DNA of 57,665 bases, filler included, from Squalus acanthias (lineage: Eukaryota), in NCBI GenBank assembly GCA_030390025.1. It is 4 parts of 4 records of this genome, joined end to end, with 100 filler letters (N's around TTAATTAATTAA, not from the genome) between each part and the next. Parts side by side here need not be neighbours in the genome. Positions count along the whole stretch, not along the records: positions 23,463 to 52,820 come from CM059452.1; positions 52,921 to 57,665 come from JASTWF010000121.1; 2 more parts are not named here. One strand, 5' to 3'. The notes beneath the pieces are model-generated. The model was not told the origin of the DNA and did not search any database. It saw nothing but the letters and a program-made list of their open reading frames with translations. The translations under genes were made by a program, and so were the position numbers. Each line of letters begins with the position of its first letter. Within the stretch, counting starts at the first letter, position 1. Shown here piece by piece: positions 50,301 to 57,665 of this stretch.

Positions 50301-52820
50301 CCAGACGGACCCAGAACCACACTCACCAGTCCCTTTTCCAGACTGAAACAGACCCTCCCTCATCAGTCACTCTCCCAGACTGAACCAGACCCTCCCTCAT
50401 CAGTCCGTATTCCAGACTGAACCAGACCCTCACTCACCAGTCCCTGTTCCAGACTGAAGCAGACCCCCCTCACCAGTCCCTGTTCCAGACAGAAGCAGAC
50501 CCCCCTCACCAGTCCCTGTCCCAGACAGAACCAGAACCACCCTCACCAGTCCCTGTTCCAGACTGAAACAGACCCTCCCTCATCAGTCACTCTCCCAGAC
50601 TGAACCAGACCTACCCTCACAGCCCCTGTCCCAGACTGAACCAGACCCTCCCTCACCGGTCCCTATCCCAGACTGAAACAGACATACCCTCACCAGACCC
50701 TGTCCCAGACTGAACCAGACCTACTCTCACCAGTCCCAATCCCAGACTGAAACAGACATACCCTCACCAGCACTTGTCCCAGACTGAACCTGACCATCCC
50801 TCACCAGTCTCTGTCACTGACTGAACCTGACGCTACCTCACCAGCCCCTGTCCCAGACTGAACCAGACCCTCCCTCACCAGACCCTGTCCCAGACTGAAC
50901 CAGACCCTCCCTCACCAGCCTCTGTCCCAGACTGAACCAGACCCTCACTCACCTGTCCCTGTTCCTGAATGAACCAGACCCACCCTCATCAGTCCCTGTT
51001 CTTGACTGAAACAGACGCTCGCCCACCGATCCCGGTCCCAGATTGAACCGGATCCTCCCTCACCGGTCCCGTCCCTGAGACAGAAAAATACAGTCCCTCA
51101 GCCGCCCATCTACCAGACTGAAACAGACCACTTTCTCACAAGCCGCTGTCACAGACTGAACCAGACCCTCCGTCATCAGTTCCTGTCCCAGACTGAACTA
51201 GACCCTCCGTCACCAAACCCTGTCCCAGACTGAACCAGACCCTCCCTCACAATCACTGTACCACGCTGAAAAAGACGCCCATCACCAGTCACTGTCCCAG
51301 ACTGAACGAGCCCCAACCTCACCAGCCCCTGTTACAGACTGAACCAAACACTTCCTCACCAGCCCTTGTCCCAAACTTAACCAGACTCTCCCTCACCAGT
51401 CCCTGTTCCAGATTGAAGCAGAACCCCCTCACCAGTCCCTGTCCCAGACGGACCCAGAACCACCCTCACCAGTCCCTTTTCCAGACTGAAACAGACCCTC
51501 CCTCATCAGTCACTCTCCCAGACTGAACCAGACCCTCCCTCATCAGTCCGTATTCCAGACTGAAACAGACCCTCCCTCATCAGTCACTCTCCCAGACTGA
51601 ACCAGACCCTCCCTCATCAGTCACTCTCCCAGACTGAACCAGACCCTCCCTCATCAGTCCGTATTCCAGACTGAACCAGACCCTCACTCACCAGTCCCAG
51701 TCCCAGACTGAACCAGAACAACCCTCAACAGTCCCTGTTCCAGACAGAAGCAGATCCCCCTCACCAGTCCCTGTCCCAGACTGAACCAGAACCACCCTCA
51801 CCAGTCCCTGTTCCAGACTGAAACAGACCCTCCCTCATCAGTCACTCTCCCAGACTGAACCAGACCCTCCCTCACCAGTCCCTGTTCCAGACTAAAACAG
51901 ACCCTCCCTCACCAGTCCCTGTTCCAGACTGAAACAGACCCTCCCTCATCAGTCCGTATTCCAGACTGAACCAGACCCTCACTCACCAGTCACTCTCCCA
52001 AACTAACCCGGTACCTCCCTCACCAGCCTCTGTCCCAGACTGAACCAGACCCTCCCTCATCAGACCCTGTCCCAGACTGAAACAGACCCTCCCACACCAG
52101 CCCCTGTCCCAGACTGAAACAGACCCTCCCTCACCAGTCCCTGTCCCAGACAGAAACAGACCCTGCCTCACCAGTCCCTGTTCCAAACTGAAACAGACCC
52201 TCCCTCATCAGTCCGTATACCAGACTGAAACAGACCCTCACTCACCAGTCACTCTCCCAGACTAACCCGGTACCTCCCTCACCAATCCCAGTCCCAGACT
52301 GAACCAGACACTCCCTCATCAGTTCCTGTCCCAGACTCAAACAGAACCTCCATCACCAGCCTCTGTCCCAGACTGAAACAGACCCTCGTACACCAGCCCC
52401 TGTCCCAGACTGAACCAGACCCTCCCTCACCAGCCTCTGTCCCAGACTGAACCAGACCCTCCCTCACCAGCCCCTGTCCCAGACGGAAACAGACCCTCCC
52501 TCACCAGCCTCTGTCCCAGACTGAAACAGACCCTCCCTCACCAGCCTCTGTCCCAGACTGAAACAGACCCTCCCTGAGCAGTCCCTGTCCCAGACTGATC
52601 CTGGCCCTCCCTCACCAGTCCCTGTCCCAGACTGAAACAGACCCTCCCTCACCAGCCTCTGTCCCAGACTGATCCTGACCCTCCCTCACCAGTGTCTGTC
52701 CCAGACTGAAACAGACCCTCCATCACCAGCCTCTGTCCCAGACTGAAACAGACCCTCCCTCACCAGCCCCTGTCACAGACTGAAACAGACCCTCCCTCAC
52801 CAGCCTCTGTCCCAGACTGA
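47358..52820. repeat. 37-bp satellite array, ~145 copies
   Basis: Unit cccagactgaaccagaccctccctcaccagtccctgt; period 37 (52404 to 52441); more diverged at the left edge; runs into the gap. Confidence 0.96.
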
Positions 52821-52920
52821 NNNNNNNNNNNNNNNNNNNNNNNNNNNNNNNNNNNNNNNNNNNNTTAATTAATTAANNNNNNNNNNNNNNNNNNNNNNNN
52901 NNNNNNNNNNNNNNNNNNNN
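52821..52920. other. Artificial contig linker
   Basis: N44-TTAATTAATTAA-N44. Confidence 0.97.
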
Positions 52921-53486
52921 TAGGGTCTGCCTTTTCTAAAGCATACCATAGTGCTGCGGCTTCAGCATATTGCGCTGACTTATGGCCAAGGGGTATGGAC
53001 AGTAATTCTTCTGGATAAAAATAGGAATCTCAAAGTCCCTACTACTATCTCAAAGGAATCTCAAAGTCCTCCCAGCTGAGGATTGTTGGGATGTCCCTTT
53101 TTTAATCGTCATTGATGATCCCATCAAAAATAATTACTTGGTCTTGTGGAGGTACATGGATAGGATTATTTCCCCTAATAAGCAATCGTTTGAATTTCCT
53201 AATAAAAAGACTTGGCCAATTCCGACAGGGTATGCCATTTCGTCAAGGACCTAACCCTCGGTTACGGTTTAATATGAACTTTATAAGAAATTTCTAGACC
53301 TCAATGGTATATTGAGGGAGTTCTGATTTAAGTTCTACAAGGCCTGATCAGGGACTTGTCATCTCTAGAGACTTAAATCTGGGTCTTAGTACCACTGTCA
53401 GTAAACACTCCTTCTATACTTAACAACCTACAAGATGGATATCGATATAAATATAAGTATAGGTTCTGTATCAAGTCGTTAACACA

Positions 53487-53500
53487 CACGTTGGGCGCCA
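53487..53500 (-). promoter_or_regulatory. Primer-binding site, tRNA-Lys1,2
   Basis: 14-nt match to TGGCGCCCAACGTG(GGGC), 2 nt after the LTR-terminal CA. Confidence 0.88.
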
Positions 53501-53502
53501 AC

Positions 53503-54634
53503 TGAAGGGATATTTACTAGTCCTCGCCCCTTTGGGGCTAGCCCAGTTCAGGTGTATTCCTCAAACGTTCACTTTCAACTAAAGTTTGAGGTAGCCGAAT
53601 CCTAAAGACGCTTAATTGGGTCTGAAGGTCTGGACCATCTCTCCCTAAGGAAAGGAACACTGAAAATGTTACCATCCTCCAGATAGCGCATTTAATAAGT
53701 TTAGCTAGACTGTAACCCTTTCGGATATTATGAGGGTCCGGAAAACTCCCCCAGAATTCTGCAATTCCTCACCAAACAGTGTACAGAGATTGAGTTTGCG
53801 AGTTTGATACAGAAATATTATGTGAGACAATTCTAAAAATATATAGATTTATTAAAGAACCGACATGTAATTTTACAGTTGGTGAGTCAATTGCAACATT
53901 AACAGTTCCAAAAAGAGAAACCTTTACAATCTTATTATCAGAGATCCTTACTCTCAAATTTAACTTCGCTACAGTTTAACAGTTCTTAGTTTTCTACAGG
54001 ATATCCACCAAAATCAAATACAGTACCTTTGACCCCCGAGGTACAAAGAGTTGAAGACTTACAGAGCCTGCCTCTGAAGCTGAGAATCGCTTTGCCCCTT
54101 TACAGCGAGTCTACTATCCCATTTGAGAGTTCAATATTTATACCCTTTTCCAGTGGTATTGCCTTTAAGGTTTTCTGCTGATGTAAGCTAATTATCTCTA
54201 GTCATTTTTCTGCTGACTTCTGCAATTTTTAGTCACCTCAGCTGGTAGTATTACAGAATCGTGTCTCATCTCTAGGTGTTCCAAGTTTACCATAAAAAAT
54301 GGTGTAACAGCAGGTGCGTTTTTTACTTGATGTCATTTTTACGAAGGCAGTTGTTTGTGCTTCTTTATGAAGTGTAAATTAGAACACCTTAACCAGGGTG
54401 AACTATTGACTTGTTCCCAATGTCAGTCTATCAGGAGCCTTTAACCTTCTGTTTCAATAAGGTTATTGATTCAGTGTCAACAACTATCTTATCTCTATAG
54501 CCAGAATGTTATCACAGCTTTTCCATAGTTAGGTTTCTAGATTTCCAAACCCAGTTTGTCATGTTTTAATAAGGCCAGAATTCTTTCATAGAATTGTGTA
54601 TTTTTCTGAATAGGTTATATGGCTTATTCCTTCA
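53503..54634 (-). repeat. Retroviral LTR (1132 bp)
   Basis: TG...CA imperfect inverted termini; TATA gggtataaat ~54146-54137; splice donor ct|gtaagt at 54062; AATAAA at 53852-53847. Confidence 0.85.
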
Positions 54635-54892
54635 CACTCTTGGAGAAGGACATCATTTGGACTGAATACTTTGTACTGTGGGATTATTGGGCAGTGCAGG
54701 GGGTGTGAAAGGGTGAAATCTGCTTCTCAATGAGAAGGCGCCTTCTTTGATGGACTATTTACAGTGCGGCACTATTTGGTAGCGCAGTTAAATATTAAAG
54801 AGTAAAAATCTAATGATTTATTCTCTTGCAAAGAACCATATTAAATGCAGCATGTAGCAAATGCTGAGATTATTTATTGTTCTTGCTTTATC

Positions 54893-55336
54893 GAGAGTCC
54901 GTTGTGGCTCGAGGGGTGGCACTCCCACCTCTGAGTCAGAAGGTTCAAGTCCCACTCCGAAGACTTGAGCACAAAAATCTAGGCTGACTCTCCCAGTGCA
55001 GTGCTGAGGGAGTGCTGCTTTGTCGGAGGTGCTGTCTTTCAGATGAGACATTAAACCGAGGCCCCGTCTGTTCTCTCAGGTCGATGTAAAGATCCCATGG
55101 AACTATTTCGAAGAAGATCAGGGAGTTATCCCCAGTGTCCTGGCCAATATTTATCCCTCAATCAACATAACAAAAAAAAAAATCTGGTCATTATCACATT
55201 GCTGTTTGTGGGAGCTTGCTGTGCGCTATTGGCTGCCTCGTTTCCTACATTACAACAGTGACGACACACCAGGCTGTAAAGCGCTTTGGGATGTCCTGAG
55301 GTGGTGAAAGGCACGATAGAAATACAAGTCTTTCTT
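54893..55336 (+). mobile_element. Near full-length tRNA-derived DeuSINE (SacSINE1-like)
   Basis: B-box-like ggttcaagtccc; Deu-domain core gaggtgctgtctttcagatgagacattaaaccgagg...gatcccatgg...gtgtcctggccaa; L2-type tail. Confidence 0.85.
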
Positions 55337-55377
55337 ATTTGAAGTTATATTTATTTACTCACCGGTTCCATTCACAG

Positions 55378-55728
55378 GTGCAGCGACGGCCCCAGTGCTG
55401 GTTCAGTCTCCGACAGTCCACAGTGTGAGAGAGGGTCAGACAGTGAGCTTACCATGTTCCATGAAGAATGCCAACGTGAATGAAGTGGATGTTCACTGGT
55501 ACCGGCCAGCTGTCCTGGTACAAAGAAGGAGAAGATGTTAATTCATTACATAAATAATAAATTGAAAAAGTACCAGAGTTTTCCTGCCCATTTTAACTCT
55601 GCCAGGGATGTCACCAGTAACAGCTTCATTCTGACCATCACAGGCATGCAGCTCAGTGACACCGCTGTCTATACCTGCAGTGTGTGGGGCCATATCGATG
55701 GAGCAGGAAACCCCGCTCAATGTCACGC
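55378..55728 (+). pseudogene. Germline-joined VJ-type immunoglobulin V-set exon (antigen-receptor-like) with three +1 frameshifts
   Basis: ttcacag| acceptor and |gtaagt donor, phase 1-1; corrected translation APVLVQSP...GQTVSLPCSM...VHWYRQLPG...SFILTITGMQLSDTAVYTCSVWGHIDGAGTPLNVT. Confidence 0.85.
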
Positions 55729-56449
55729 GTAAGTAAATATTAGCCATCACTGGCATGTTCACTGGATCAGCATGCACCGGGACCTGCTTAACCTTCCACA
55801 GCAGGGCAGGGGGAGATGAACCCAGTCCAAGATGGCAAGTGCTTTATTTTCACAAAAAGTTGTAGGTTTATAAGAACAATAAGAAATTAAAATTCATGGA
55901 ACAGCCAAGTGCTCCTGCTGAATTCAAAAACAAACCAACTGAAAGGAAGTTGTTGTTAATGTGGTTTTTAAACAGGAGCCAGCAGTGGCCCCCAGTCTGA
56001 AAGCATCTGTTCATCAGAAGAGGGCAATGCCAGGGCTGAGCTGTGCTGAGTGTCTGGTAGCGAGGGCAGCAGGAGCACATTGACGTGACGTTAGCAACTC
56101 TGCACCGGGGAAGGAAAAGGACCATCGTTCCCTACTAGATGACAATCGACGGTCCCTGCCGGAAAGAGCATGTGTGTGGACCCCAGGATCAGGCTTGGCT
56201 ATCAGGCCTACACAGTCAAATAGCCTGACAACCACCCACTGTCTGGGATTGCGAGAACAATGGCTATTGGGAGAGGTTTGGAAAAGAGCGGCGCTCGAGA
56301 TCTGAACTGAGAATGAAGCACGTCTGAGGCTGCACAAGTTTCCAACGAGCCGTGGCAACCAGCAGTGAATAGGGAGGCGGGAGCTGAGAGCTCCACAGGG
56401 TATAGAGCGTTATTTCAGCACAACTTCTGAGTCAGGAGAAACCAGGACT

Positions 56450-57665
56450 GCACCCGCCCACCGATCACACTCTCCCTCTCCGCCCACGACACACTCTGTC
56501 TCCGCCCACCGATCACACTCTGTCTCTCCGCCCACCGATCACACTCTGTCTCCGCCCTCGATCACACTCTGCACCCGCCCTCCGATCACACTCTGCACCC
56601 GCCACCGATCACACTCTGTCTCCGCCCCACCGATCACACTCTGTCTCCGCCCACCGATCACACTTCCTCTCCGCCCCACCGATCACTCTCTTCTCTCCAC
56701 CACGATCACACTCTCTCTCTCTCCACACACGATCACTCTGTCTCTCTCCACCCACCGATCACACTCTGTCTCCGCCCACCGACTCCACATCTCCCTCTCC
56801 GCCCACCCGATCCCACCACTCTCTCTCTCCGCCCACCGATCACACTCTGTCTCTCTCTCCACCGGATCACACTCTGTCTCTCTCTCCACCGATCACACTC
56901 TGTCTCTCTCTCCACCGATCACACTCTGTTCTCTCTCCACCCGATCACTCTCTGTCTCTTCTCCACCGATCACACTCTGTCTCTCGCTCCACGATCACAC
57001 TCTGTCTCTCTCTCCACGATCACACTCTGTCTCTCTCTCACCGATCACACTCTGTCTCTCTCTCCACGATCACACTCTGTCTCTCTCTCACCGATCACAC
57101 TCTGTCTCGCCCACGATCACACTCTGTCTCCGCCCACCGATCACACTCTCCCTCTCGCCCACCGATCACACTCTCTCTCTCCGCCCACCGATCACACTCT
57201 CTCTCTCGCCCACCGATCACACTCTGTCTCTCTCTCCGCCCACCGATCACACTCTGTCTCTCTCTCCACCGATCACACTCTGTCTCTCTCTCACCCACCG
57301 ATCACACTCTGTCTCTCTCTCCACCGATCACACTCTGTCTCTCTCTCCACCGATCACACTCTGTCTCTCTCTCCACCGATCACACTCTGTCTCTCTCTCC
57401 ACCGATCACACTCTGTCTCTCTCTCCACCGATCACACTCTGTCTCTCTCTCCACCGATCACACTCTGTCTCTCTCTCCACCGATCACACTCTGTCTCCGC
57501 CCACCGATCACACTCTCCCTCTCTCCACCCACCGATCACACTCTGTCTCCGCCCACCGATCACACTCTCTCTCTCTCCACCCACCGATCACACTCTCTCC
57601 CTCTCTCTCCACCCACCGATCACACTCTGCCTCTCTCCACCCACCGATCACACTCTCTCTCTCTC
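56450..57665. repeat. ~23-31-bp minisatellite (ccgatcacactctgtctctctctcca)
   Basis: More than 40 tandem variants running to the window end. Confidence 0.95.

Larger units (their letters stand above)
52921..54634 (-). mobile_element. Foamy (spuma)-like endogenous retrovirus: 5' LTR, PBS and pol RNase H remnant; internally deleted
   Basis: LTR 54634-53503 with termini TGAAGGAATA...TATCCCTTCA; PBS TGGCGCCCAACGTG at 53500-53487; minus-strand translation PEELLSIPLGHKSAQYAEAAALWYALEKADP at 53014-52922. Confidence 0.85.

Noticed and set aside
30259-52652. Many short Cys/Val-rich or Gly-rich ORFs in the satellites
   Set aside because: By-products of the 67- and 37-bp periodicity (neither is a multiple of 3), with frequent stops.

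Overview
Repeat-dense vertebrate genomic DNA. The SINE, LINE, Penelope and zinc-finger families point to a cartilaginous fish (shark/ray). The window is four contigs (1-15471, 15572-23362, 23463-52820, 52921-57665) joined by identical 100-bp N44-TTAATTAATTAA-N44 linkers, so linkage across gaps is not guaranteed. Contig 1: several CR1/L2 LINEs; a Harbinger-like MITE nested in a CR1; a CpG-island promoter with IRF/ISRE motifs and a signal-peptide leader exon; and a nested stack of CR1 > Penelope > (CR1 + a 1308-bp zero-spacer palindromic Penelope insertion with a 12-bp TSD and a minimal hammerhead ribozyme in each arm). Contig 2: the first coding exon of PCGF3 (minus strand), CR1 copies and a possible LTR. 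Contig 3: a decayed C2H2 zinc-finger gene, a 46-bp array made from a CR1 3' end, a CTCF site, and large 67-bp and 37-bp satellite arrays. Contig 4: an internally deleted foamy-virus-like endogenous retrovirus (1.13-kb LTR, tRNA-Lys PBS, RNase H), a frameshifted germline-joined VJ-type Ig exon and a terminal minisatellite. Three things stand out. First, three Penelope insertions share one inverted geometry (one intact hairpin, two apparently collapsed) and carry hammerheads with a covarying stem. Second, the spuma-like ERV. Third, the RSS-less VJ antigen-receptor-like exon.
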